64,000 nt of DNA. Origin: an uncultured bacterium (GTDB lineage: Bacteria; Planctomycetota; DG-23; CBDVDV01). Of the stretch, positions 8,833-16,960 are shown piece by piece. The stretch is taken from contig CBDVDV010000003.1 of assembly GCA_965372835.1 (NCBI GenBank), positions 71-64,070 on the forward strand. The letters run 5' to 3'. The position numbers and the translations under genes were made by a program. Every line of letters begins with the position of its first letter. Position 1 is the stretch's first letter. The notes beneath the pieces are model-generated. The model was not told where the DNA came from and did not search any database. It worked only from the letters and a program-made list of their open reading frames with translations.

Positions 8833-9957
8833 CTATCGACTTGCCGAGCCCTCGTCCGGTTTGGCCAGCAGCAGGGGGCCGATGTACTCGGTGGCCAAAA
8901 CGGTGTTGTCGAACCAGCAGGTGTATTGCTGGGTGTTGATGGGGAAGTCGGGGTGCTCGCCAGCGTACTTTTCGCTGGCCTTGAAGGAGCCCTCGGAGAC
9001 GTAGTTCTCGACCTTGAACTTGTTGATCTGCACGCGCATGTCGGTCCGCCAGCGGAAGCCCTCGAAGGGTCCCTGACGCTTGTCGCCTGGAACGATGCGG
9101 AAGTTCTCCCGCACCCAGTACCCCTCGACCGACCGCGGGCCCCAGTCACCGACGAGTTTCCCGTCGATCCAGAAGCGTTGGGCGCCGTCGGACTTCTCCG
9201 GGTCGGAGTTGAGTTTCACCATCCACTCCAGGCAGATCCACTTATCACGCAGAGCCAGGGTCGGCTCGGCGGGGCTGAAGTTGTTTCCGTAGAAACTCGT
9301 GCCCGTCCCTTCTGGCGGATTGTTCTTGACGACACCCTCGACCGTCTCCCAGGAGTGCATCTCCGGCCAGTAGGTATAGAAGTGCCAAAAGCCCGGCGGG
9401 GGGGACCTCTTGGGGGGCCAGGTGTGAAGCAGGGCCGTCGTGGGCTCCAGGCCGGTGCCGAAGCGCCTCTTCGGCCTGAGCCCCGCCTTGCCGACCGGCC
9501 AGGGCTTGGGGTCGATCTCGCCACCCAAAGAGCAGAAGTGGTGGTCGAAGCCGTAGTCAGGAGCGAACTTGACGTATAGGCGCGCGTACAGTTCGTCGTA
9601 GCCCGGCTTCAGAATCTTGTAGAGGTAGCCGCCTTCGTTCTCTCCACGCTTGGCCGTGACGGCCAGGGAGTGTAGGCCGGCGCTCCCCGGCGCAATCTCC
9701 TCGGAAAGGGAGAGCGCACCGGCCTTGTTCCCTACCGAGGACCAGCGCCCTTTGAGCGACTCGACCCCACCGGCCTCGAAGTTCTCAGCGAAAACGACGG
9801 CCCGGTCTTTCTCGATGCCTTTGTCACCCGGATACCTGGCTGCTAGGCCTGGCCCTCCCGGCAGTGCGGCCTTGGGGGCGCTGCCCTCCTGGGCGAAGGC
9901 GACCGCAACCAGCAGAAGGCAGATACAAAGCGACCCTGTTGACACGTTGCCAATCAC
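8833..9957 (-). CDS. Secreted paralog family member (LPGGPGLAARYPGDKGIEKD module)
   Basis: Signal peptide ending VAFAQEGSA. Motifs YARLYVKF, FYTYWPEM, KWICLEWMVKLN, FWIDGKLVG, YIGP. Confidence 0.8.
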   Translation of the reverse strand: MIGNVSTGSLCICLLLVAVAFAQEGSAPKAALPGGPGLAARYPGDKGIEKDRAVVFAENFEAGGVESLKGRWSSVGNKAGALSLSEEIAPGSAGLHSLAVTAKRGENEGGYLYKILKPGYDELYARLYVKFAPDYGFDHHFCSLGGEIDPKPWPVGKAGLRPKRRFGTGLEPTTALLHTWPPKRSPPPGFWHFYTYWPEMHSWETVEGVVKNNPPEGTGTSFYGNNFSPAEPTLALRDKWICLEWMVKLNSDPEKSDGAQRFWIDGKLVGDWGPRSVEGYWVRENFRIVPGDKRQGPFEGFRWRTDMRVQINKFKVENYVSEGSFKASEKYAGEHPDFPINTQQYTCWFDNTVLATEYIGPLLLAKPDEGSASR

Positions 9958-9975
9958 GCTTTATCTCCTTGTCCG

Positions 9976-10956
9976 TTACGGCTTGTGGCCCGAGCCGCCA
10001 CCGGCGGCGGGCTGTAGGGGGCCGATGTACTCAGTAGCCACGACGAGCGCGTCCAGGAAACTTGACTGGTCCTTGGTCGTTCCGCCGTGGAAGTAAGGCC
10101 CCAGCCACCACTGCCTGACCTTCAACTCCGGATTGTTCCCGTCGCGCAGGATGATGCCATCGACGTCGAAGGTGAGCACCCCGTCGATCCACTGCTTGAC
10201 GGCGCCGTCCGCCTGGCCCACCGTGTTCATCCGCACCATGGTCTCTATGCAGTACCATCTGCCTGGGATGATGGGCGTGCGCTGTCCAGTCACCGTGGGG
10301 AAGCGAAACTCGTTGCCACTGACTCGCGCTCCCTGTGCCTCGAACCCTTTGTAACTCTCGAAGAGCGTCGGGTCTTGTCCCTTCTGAGATATGCAGATTC
10401 CGAAGAAGCCGCGCTTCCACGGGCCGTAGACCTTGGAGGCGCACTCCAGGTAGATGCGCAGTTTGTGGGCCTCGTGATAGGTGTGCTCGGGGCCGCCCGG
10501 CGGCTCGAGGTAGATCATCCCGTCGTGCCCGTTGCCGTCACCAGGGCCGCCCCAGTCCCAGTTCTCCTCCCACTTGCGATAGTAGCGGATGTACAGCGTG
10601 TCGTGGCCCTCGAGTCGAGGAGCGCGCAGCCACGGTCCCATCGAGCCCTTCGGATAGAAGACCTCGAGGCTGTGGGTGCCGTCGGCATGTTCCTCCTCGG
10701 TGACCTTCAGGTTCTTCCCCCAGTCCTTGAGGTCGTAGAAGCCCTGCTCGGTGAGCCTGTCGTCCTCAAAGTCCTCCGCAAGGACGACAGCGTCGTCCTG
10801 CTCAATGCCGACGTCACCGGGGTACCTGGCCGCTAAGCCCGGGCCCTCGGGCAAGTCGGGCGCTCTCGGCGCACTTCCCTCCTGGGCAAAGCCACTGACT
10901 GCATGAATGACACAGCACAGCCCCACCACCAAGCCAACCCGTAGGCTCCCAGTCAC
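9976..10956 (-). CDS. Secreted paralog family member, divergent core (keeps LPEGPGLAARYPGDVGIEQD module)
   Basis: Signal peptide ending SGFAQEGSA and the conserved N-module. The core diverges (YIRYYRKWEENWDWGG, RWYCIETMVRMNT, WIDGVL, VVATEYIGP). Confidence 0.75.
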   Translation of the reverse strand: MTGSLRVGLVVGLCCVIHAVSGFAQEGSAPRAPDLPEGPGLAARYPGDVGIEQDDAVVLAEDFEDDRLTEQGFYDLKDWGKNLKVTEEEHADGTHSLEVFYPKGSMGPWLRAPRLEGHDTLYIRYYRKWEENWDWGGPGDGNGHDGMIYLEPPGGPEHTYHEAHKLRIYLECASKVYGPWKRGFFGICISQKGQDPTLFESYKGFEAQGARVSGNEFRFPTVTGQRTPIIPGRWYCIETMVRMNTVGQADGAVKQWIDGVLTFDVDGIILRDGNNPELKVRQWWLGPYFHGGTTKDQSSFLDALVVATEYIGPLQPAAGGGSGHKP

Positions 10957-11004
10957 TTGCGCGCTCCTTCCGTCTTCTGGCCTCAGTCAAGTCACTCCGT
11001 CCGG

Positions 11005-11898
11005 CTACCGTTCGTCGGCCGGCACGCGGGGTCCGACGTACTCCCTGGCCACCACGACGTCGTCGAACCAGACGCGGTTAGTCTGCTTGTTGTTGTGGAT
11101 GTAGAGGAGGACCCAAAGGCAGTTGATCTTCAGTTTGTCCGTTGTTCGCCAGTGGATGCCTGTGTAGTGACCCTTCAGTTGGCCGTCAACCCAGAAGGCC
11201 TGCTCACCGTCAGCCTGGTCCGGCGTGTTGGCCTTGACCATCATCTCCATACAGTACCAGCGCCCACGTTGGATGAGGACGGGCGGTTCGTTTGGCCGGA
11301 AGGCGTTGCCGTAGTAGGGCCCCGACGGGTCGGGCTTCATGTCCACGAAGTAAGAGTAGAAGCCCATGGCCCCGGGGGCCGGGTTCCGGCCCCAGTTCCG
11401 CCAGGGCTCAAGGCCGGTGGAAAAGAAGTCGGTGCCGTCCGGCTTCTGCCCCGAGCGGCCCAGTTGCCAGCGGTCCTTCAGCCCGGCCAGGTGGACGAAG
11501 TGCATCAGATTCCCCTGGTCGAAGTCGGGGGCGAACCGGCAGTACCAGCGCGCGTACACCTGATCGAAGCCGGGCATAAAGAGTTTGGTCAGGTCGCCCC
11601 CGGTGCCGTCGCCGACCCGCGCCTCCAGTTGGACAGCCCCGCGCCCGCTGTGGACGAGTTCCTTCTTGGTCACCAGGCGCACCTCAGGCGGCGCGTTGGG
11701 GTCGTTGTCATCCCAGCGGCTGAGGTCACCCGACTCGAAGTCTTCCACGAAAATGACCGCGTCGTTTTTCTCGATACCAACGTCGCCAGGGTACTTGGCG
11801 GCCAAGCCTGGGCCCTCGGGCAGTTGCTGGGCCTGGGCGGGACCGGTAAGCAAGGCCAGGACCATTAGGACCAGCCAGGGGAGTATGGTGCGTATCAT
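11005..11898 (-). CDS. Secreted paralog family member (LPEGPGLAAKYPGDVGIEKN module)
   Basis: Start trimmed to internal Met (MIRTILPWLVLMVLALLTGPAQA signal peptide), which removes the overlap with the upstream paralog. Motifs YARWYCRF, FYSYFVDM, RWYCMEMMVKANTP, FWVDGQL, VVVAREYVGP. Confidence 0.75.
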   Translation of the reverse strand: MIRTILPWLVLMVLALLTGPAQAQQLPEGPGLAAKYPGDVGIEKNDAVIFVEDFESGDLSRWDDNDPNAPPEVRLVTKKELVHSGRGAVQLEARVGDGTGGDLTKLFMPGFDQVYARWYCRFAPDFDQGNLMHFVHLAGLKDRWQLGRSGQKPDGTDFFSTGLEPWRNWGRNPAPGAMGFYSYFVDMKPDPSGPYYGNAFRPNEPPVLIQRGRWYCMEMMVKANTPDQADGEQAFWVDGQLKGHYTGIHWRTTDKLKINCLWVLLYIHNNKQTNRVWFDDVVVAREYVGPRVPADER

Positions 11899-11923
11899 GG
11901 TTTCGCTCCTGAGGTGAACCTCC

Positions 11924-12847
11924 TCATTGGGCCTCGCCGGCGGACTCGGCCGGTGCCATGGGGCCGATGTAGGAGCGGGCGACCACGACATCGTCCACCC
12001 ACATCTGCTGGTCCTGCTCCGGAGGCTTGGTCATCCAGAAGCCCATGCTGATGGCGTTACATTTGAGGATGTCCGAGGTCCGCCAAACGCGCCCTTCGAC
12101 GAGAACCTGATGGATGCCGTTGACCCACAGTTGCTCTTCGCCGTCCTCGAGGTAGGTGCCGTCGGGTTTGACGGTGTTGACCTTGCAGCGGTGCTCCACG
12201 CAGTACCAGGTGTCGGGTTTGATGAGGATGGGGTTTTCCGGGTCGCTGGTGTTCCCCCAGTACTTGTTCTGCCAACCCGCTTTCATGGTGGGAAAGTAAC
12301 TGTAGAAGTGGAAGTAGCCGGCTCCGGGATGCCTCTTCCACCTCGTGTAGGCGTCGATCCCGGCGCTGAAGGCGTCGTCGCCTTTGGGCCGACTGCCGGC
12401 GCTCACCCACTTGCGCTCGCCCCGGCTTCGGCGGCCCTGGATGCGCTGGTGGTGGAGGTCGTTCTCCACGACGAAGTTCCTGCTGAACTTGACGTACCAG
12501 CGGACGTATATCTCGTCGTAGCCGGGCAAGAATGCATGGGAGATGCCACCGGCCTGGCTTTCGCCCTTGATGTAGTTGGCGCGGGCCGCATACCTCCCCG
12601 TGTGGACGTTGTGCGGGTCGGAGATGACGATCACAGGATGCTCCTTCTCCCGCCTATTGCCTCCGCTCCATGCACTGATGTCCCCGGATTCGAAGCCGTC
12701 TGCGAAGATGACGGCACCGTGGTCAGTGATACCTTTGTCGCCCGGGTACTTGGCCGAGAGGCCCGGGCCGGGCTTTTCCTGGGCCGCGGCCAGCCCCGCC
12801 AAGACAGTTAGGACAACCACGATGCCACAGACACGGGTACTCGTCAT
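11924..12847 (-). CDS. Secreted paralog family member - first gene of the array (EKPGPGLSAKYPGDKGITDH module)
   Basis: Signal peptide ending LAAAQ. Motifs YVRWYVKF, FHFYSYFPTM, TWYCVEHRCKVN, LWVNGIH, VVVARSYIGP. Divergent intergenic region upstream (12848-13005). Confidence 0.8.
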   Translation of the reverse strand: MTSTRVCGIVVVLTVLAGLAAAQEKPGPGLSAKYPGDKGITDHGAVIFADGFESGDISAWSGGNRREKEHPVIVISDPHNVHTGRYAARANYIKGESQAGGISHAFLPGYDEIYVRWYVKFSRNFVVENDLHHQRIQGRRSRGERKWVSAGSRPKGDDAFSAGIDAYTRWKRHPGAGYFHFYSYFPTMKAGWQNKYWGNTSDPENPILIKPDTWYCVEHRCKVNTVKPDGTYLEDGEEQLWVNGIHQVLVEGRVWRTSDILKCNAISMGFWMTKPPEQDQQMWVDDVVVARSYIGPMAPAESAGEAQ

Positions 12848-13005
12848 GTCTCACCTCGTCCTTTCTTGCCGACCGCAGTCGCCATTGGAGTTGACGACTT
12901 TCCCTGTCGTCCACTTCACGAAAACTCTACCTCTCCTCTCACTCATCGAGCCTACCGGCCGAGGAGCGCCCTGTCAACTCATACGAGTCGCAGGACGAGG
13001 TCGCT

Positions 13006-14280
13006 TTGGCCTTGCCCCGGTGCGAGCGGCGACCCTATGATGGCCTTGGACGTGTTTGCCAAAGTGGTGGTGCTGAGGCCGGTGAAGGAGTAGGTGTGGT
13101 CGCCGAGGCCGCGACGGAGGGGCGGGACCTGAAGCCTTTCTCACTGCTGGTGAAGCCCGTCTCCGCCAACTGCAACCTGCGCTGTAAGTACTGCTTCTAC
13201 CGCCGGGTGGGGCGGATGTACCGGGGTCGTCGGCGCATGTCGTCCAAGGTTCTGGACGCGATGGTCAAGCAACTGGTGGGCCTGGGTTTCTCCCCGGCGG
13301 CTTTCTCCTGGCAGGGGGGAGAGCCCACGCTGGCCGGGCTGGACTTTTACCGCCAGGCGGTGGCGTGTCAGGCGCGGTTCGGCTCTCGCGGCCAGGTGAT
13401 CTCCAACTCGCTTCAGACCAACGGCCTGCTCATCGATGAGGAGTGGGGGGAGTTCCTGGCTGAGTACCGCTTCCTGGTCGGCCTCAGTCTCGATGGCCCC
13501 CAGGGGCTCAATGATGCCTACCGGAAGCGAGGAGACGGTCGAGGGAGCTTCAGCGATGCGCTCCGGGCCGTGGCAGTGCTGCGGCGACATAAAGTGGAGT
13601 TCAACATCCTCTCGGTGCTCACACCCCTGACAGTGGACCGGGCCAGGGAACTCTACCACTTCTTCGTGGAGGAAGGGCTGAACTACCTGCAGTTCATTCC
13701 TTGCGTGGAGCGGGTGCCGCAGGGCGGCACCGCTCCCTTCACCGTGGACGCAGACGGATACGGGCGTTTTCTCTGTGACCTCTTCGACGTGTGGCTTGCC
13801 GACGGCCGGCGGGCCTCCATCAGGCTGTTCGATGCCATCCTGGAAAGGCTGGTCACGGGTGAGTCGCCGCTGTGCGTCCTGGGCCGCCGATGCGACCACT
13901 ACCTGGTGGTGGAGCATTCCGGGGACGTCTACCCGTGCGATTTCTTCGTCGTCCGCCGATGGCATCTGGGGAACCTGCTCAAGACCCCTCTGGCCAGGCT
14001 CTTCGGCGGAGAAAAGCACGAGCAGTTCACTTCGATGAAGACCCAGTTGGCCCCGGGGTGCCGGGACTGCGAGTGGGTGGAGATGTGCTGGGGTGGGTGC
14101 CCGAAGGACCGCCAGTTCGTCGGGGACCCCCGACGCGTGCCTACCTACTTGTGCCCCGCATACCAGATGCTCTTCGCCCACGCTGGCGAAACGTTCCGGC
14201 GACTGGCCACAGAGCTGGCCGGTCGAGTGGGCGGTCCGCCAGCCAAAGGTGTGAAAGAAACGTCCTCACCTGCTCAGTAG
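13006..14280 (+). CDS. Radical SAM/SPASM-domain enzyme, anaerobic sulfatase-maturating enzyme (anSME)-like
   Basis: FSLLVKPVSANCNLRCKYCFY radical-SAM CxxxCxxC cluster near the N-terminus. C-terminal Cys-rich SPASM region (CDFF..., CRDCEWVEMCWGGCPKDR). The true start may be the in-frame GTG near 13096. Confidence 0.7.
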   Translation: MALPRCERRPYDGLGRVCQSGGAEAGEGVGVVAEAATEGRDLKPFSLLVKPVSANCNLRCKYCFYRRVGRMYRGRRRMSSKVLDAMVKQLVGLGFSPAAFSWQGGEPTLAGLDFYRQAVACQARFGSRGQVISNSLQTNGLLIDEEWGEFLAEYRFLVGLSLDGPQGLNDAYRKRGDGRGSFSDALRAVAVLRRHKVEFNILSVLTPLTVDRARELYHFFVEEGLNYLQFIPCVERVPQGGTAPFTVDADGYGRFLCDLFDVWLADGRRASIRLFDAILERLVTGESPLCVLGRRCDHYLVVEHSGDVYPCDFFVVRRWHLGNLLKTPLARLFGGEKHEQFTSMKTQLAPGCRDCEWVEMCWGGCPKDRQFVGDPRRVPTYLCPAYQMLFAHAGETFRRLATELAGRVGGPPAKGVKETSSPAQ

Positions 14281-15515
14281 CCATCCATGGGGAAACGGCC
14301 GGCACGCGTAGGCGGGAAGAGGTCGCAGAGCCGCTGGAGGCTGGCCTCACTCTCGGGCCGGACCTTGACTGCCTTGGCCTTCAGGAGTTCACCCATCGCC
14401 TCACCGTTGTAGAGCAGAGCCGCCAAATGGCTCGGGCCTACAGACAGGGCCAGGTCGGTGTCCCCTGAACCCACCTGCAGGTGGTGGCCGGGGGTGCCCT
14501 GGACGGTAAGGGTCAGGGCAAGGCCGGCGGCGTCTGCCCGACGGGTCAGGATGGGCGCGGCCAACTCCAGGAACCTACCGACGTCGTGCAGGCGGAGGAA
14601 GACGAGTTCACGCTTCCGCTGGACCCCGGTGGCAAACGAGGCGAACATCTCTTCGGACCCCATCCAACTCGGTAGCGTGATTTGCACCTGCTCGGTCCCT
14701 ACCGTTCGGGCCGACGCCAGGACCCCGGCCATCAGGTTGCGGGCCACGTCCTCAGCCCCCTCCCGATGCGCCAACTCGACGATCTGCCACCGGGGGCCTT
14801 CCCGGACGGTGGCCACGTAGGCCAAGGGTTCCCCCCCGACGGCCAGTTCGAAGTCGGGACAGCCCGACAGCCAGAGCTTGGCACGGCCCTGGAGTCGGCG
14901 CTTCCAGAAGAGGTCATTCCGACTCCAGGCACCCGTGCCTCGACTCGCCGTCTCCCGGTAGAGCGAATCGAGGATGGCGGCGTCGGCCGGGAGCGCTCGA
15001 CGTCGGCGGAGGCCCGGCCCGAGGGACGCCTGTCTCTTCAAGATACTCCCTTGGAGGTCCGTCACCTCGGCTACTGCCGTCACCTGCTCGTGGGGGGTGG
15101 GAGTATAGCCGAGCCGACGGTAGAAGTTGTAGCGTGGGGGGATGGTGTGAAGGTAGGTTAACACCACGCCTGATCCCCGGAGCACCTCAAAACTGTAGCG
15201 AAGCATCCCCGCGCCAATGCCCCGGCCCCGGTAGTCGGGATGGGTGCAGACGGTGCCGACCAGGGCCGCCGGGAAGGGGTGCCCGGAGAGCCAGAGGTAC
15301 CCGTCGCGCAGGCCCATCTGGCTGGTTACCCGACCGTCCACCTCCGCCACCAGCAGGTTGTCGGGCTGGTAGTAGGCCTCGTTTGGGTATTCAGCAAGCG
15401 CCCGGGGATGAGTCTCCACCTCCTCGCTGAAACTCTTGCTGATGATGTCGCGGACCGCCTTCAGGTCGGCGGCCCTGAACGGTCGGTAATGAACGCGCCC
15501 TGCTCTGGTTCCCAT
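14274..15515 (-). CDS. GNAT N-acetyltransferase with C-terminal SCP2-like domain (Eis-like)
   Basis: About 410 aa. N-terminal acetyltransferase fold motifs (FRAADLKAVRDII...YRGRGIG...). Overall Eis-type architecture. Confidence 0.55.
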   Translation of the reverse strand: MGTRAGRVHYRPFRAADLKAVRDIISKSFSEEVETHPRALAEYPNEAYYQPDNLLVAEVDGRVTSQMGLRDGYLWLSGHPFPAALVGTVCTHPDYRGRGIGAGMLRYSFEVLRGSGVVLTYLHTIPPRYNFYRRLGYTPTPHEQVTAVAEVTDLQGSILKRQASLGPGLRRRRALPADAAILDSLYRETASRGTGAWSRNDLFWKRRLQGRAKLWLSGCPDFELAVGGEPLAYVATVREGPRWQIVELAHREGAEDVARNLMAGVLASARTVGTEQVQITLPSWMGSEEMFASFATGVQRKRELVFLRLHDVGRFLELAAPILTRRADAAGLALTLTVQGTPGHHLQVGSGDTDLALSVGPSHLAALLYNGEAMGELLKAKAVKVRPESEASLQRLCDLFPPTRAGRFPMDGY

Positions 15516-15581
15516 CGTTTTCAGCGTAACCTGGGGTCGTGTGGTCGCTTACGCTCCTTGTCCCAGTCGGCGATGACGAGG

Positions 15582-16931
15582 TCACCCTGAACCGGCCACC
15601 TGCACGTCCTGGATGCGGATGGTGGGGAGGGTGTTGCCGGGTTCCCGCCGACAGTCGCTGGAGACGGCATCGATGTTCTGGAGGAAGTCCAGGATGTGAC
15701 CGGCCACCATGGTGTTGGTAACTGGATAGGCCAACTCACCCCGCTCGATTCTGAAGCCGAAGTCCACGGACGAGGAGATGTCGCCGCTGACCGGGTTGGC
15801 GCCTATGCCCCCCGCGTTGATGTAGATGCCCTCGTGGGTGTCGACGATGATCTGCTGGGCGGTCCGGGTGCCCAGTTCGACCTGGACGTTGGTGGGGGCG
15901 ATGCCTCCGCCCTGGCTCCCGTGCCCGGTGTTGGGCTCACCGGCTTTGTTGGCGGTGTAGGAGTTGTGTAGCACCGCTTCGAAGACGCCCCGGCGGATGA
16001 GGGTGACCCGCCGTCGGGGTGCCCCCTCGCCGTCATGGCCCCCCGAACTGATGCCCGCGGGCACCAGGCCGTCATCAAGAAAGGTCAGGTGGGAGGAGCC
16101 AATCTGCTCACCTTGTCGACCTACCAGGAAGGACCGGTTCCGCTGGATGCTCTCAGCGTTGCAGTTGCCAGCCAGGCTGCGGAGGAAGCCGAAACAGGCC
16201 AGCGGCCCCAACACCAGGGCCATGCGCCCGGAAGGCACCCGCCTGACCCCCAGGAAGCGTAACGCCCAGCGTGCCGCTTCGGCCGAGAGCGCTGACAGAG
16301 CCACGTCCTCCAGCCTCCGGCCTATGTCAAAGTCGTAGTACGACCCCACCTCCTCGTCCCGACGCACCACCACAAACATCCCCGCAGATATGCGCGTGGA
16401 ACGATGGGCCCAGGTCACACCGAGTGAGTTGGCAAAGGCCGACGCGCCGGTCACCGCGCTCACACTGCCGGAGAGGATGGCGTCGGCGGCAACGGTGCGT
16501 GCCGTCTCGATGTTACTGGCAGCAACGGCCACTGCCTCCTCGACGGTCAAGGCCGCCACCGCCGGGTCGTAGAGCCCGGGGACGTCCTGGGCAGGCGACG
16601 GCCCGGGCAAATCGACGAAGTCGGGGTCCGGAGTGGCCTGACGGGCCAGTTCGGCCGCCTGACGGCCGGCGGTCTCGGCGTCGTCCTCCCCCAAACCATG
16701 CAGGAGCACCATCCCCCGGGCGCCGCCCACGATGGCCCGTACCGAGAGGACCTGGGAGCGGATCGTTTCCGCCAAGCCAATGGCGCTTTTCTCCACCTCC
16801 ACGCTGATTTCGTGCTGGCGAGCGACGATGGCGTCGGCCCACTCGGCTCCTGCGCGAGTGGCCGCGGCGCACACCCGTCCTGCAGTTCTCAGCAACTGGT
16901 CCTCCTGATGTTCCCACCCTTCAGCCATCAT
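15582..16931 (-). CDS. pmbA: PmbA/TldE family metalloprotease-modulator
   Basis: TldD/PmbA family architecture, immediately downstream of and co-directional with the tldD-like gene. Start trimmed to MMAEGWEH, which removes the overlap. Confidence 0.65.
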   Translation of the reverse strand: MMAEGWEHQEDQLLRTAGRVCAAATRAGAEWADAIVARQHEISVEVEKSAIGLAETIRSQVLSVRAIVGGARGMVLLHGLGEDDAETAGRQAAELARQATPDPDFVDLPGPSPAQDVPGLYDPAVAALTVEEAVAVAASNIETARTVAADAILSGSVSAVTGASAFANSLGVTWAHRSTRISAGMFVVVRRDEEVGSYYDFDIGRRLEDVALSALSAEAARWALRFLGVRRVPSGRMALVLGPLACFGFLRSLAGNCNAESIQRNRSFLVGRQGEQIGSSHLTFLDDGLVPAGISSGGHDGEGAPRRRVTLIRRGVFEAVLHNSYTANKAGEPNTGHGSQGGGIAPTNVQVELGTRTAQQIIVDTHEGIYINAGGIGANPVSGDISSSVDFGFRIERGELAYPVTNTMVAGHILDFLQNIDAVSSDCRREPGNTLPTIRIQDVQVAGSG

Positions 16932-16960
16932 CCCTCGTCCAACCCTCAAGAGAAGGCAAC

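Noticed and set aside
12848-13005. Divergent promoter region between the paralog array and the radical SAM gene. Candidate TTGACG hexamer and short GACGA/TCGTC inverted repeat.
   Set aside because: There is no convincing -10 partner at correct spacing and the inverted repeat is only 5 bp. It is not reported as a promoter feature.
13006-14280. A direct functional link between the anSME-like radical SAM and the 11 secreted paralogs (formylglycine-type modification).
   Set aside because: None of the array proteins contains a C/S-x-P/A-x-R sulfatase-type target motif. The semi-conserved Cys sits in an RW-C-VE context and is replaced by Gly in one member. Kept only as a low-confidence neighbourhood observation.
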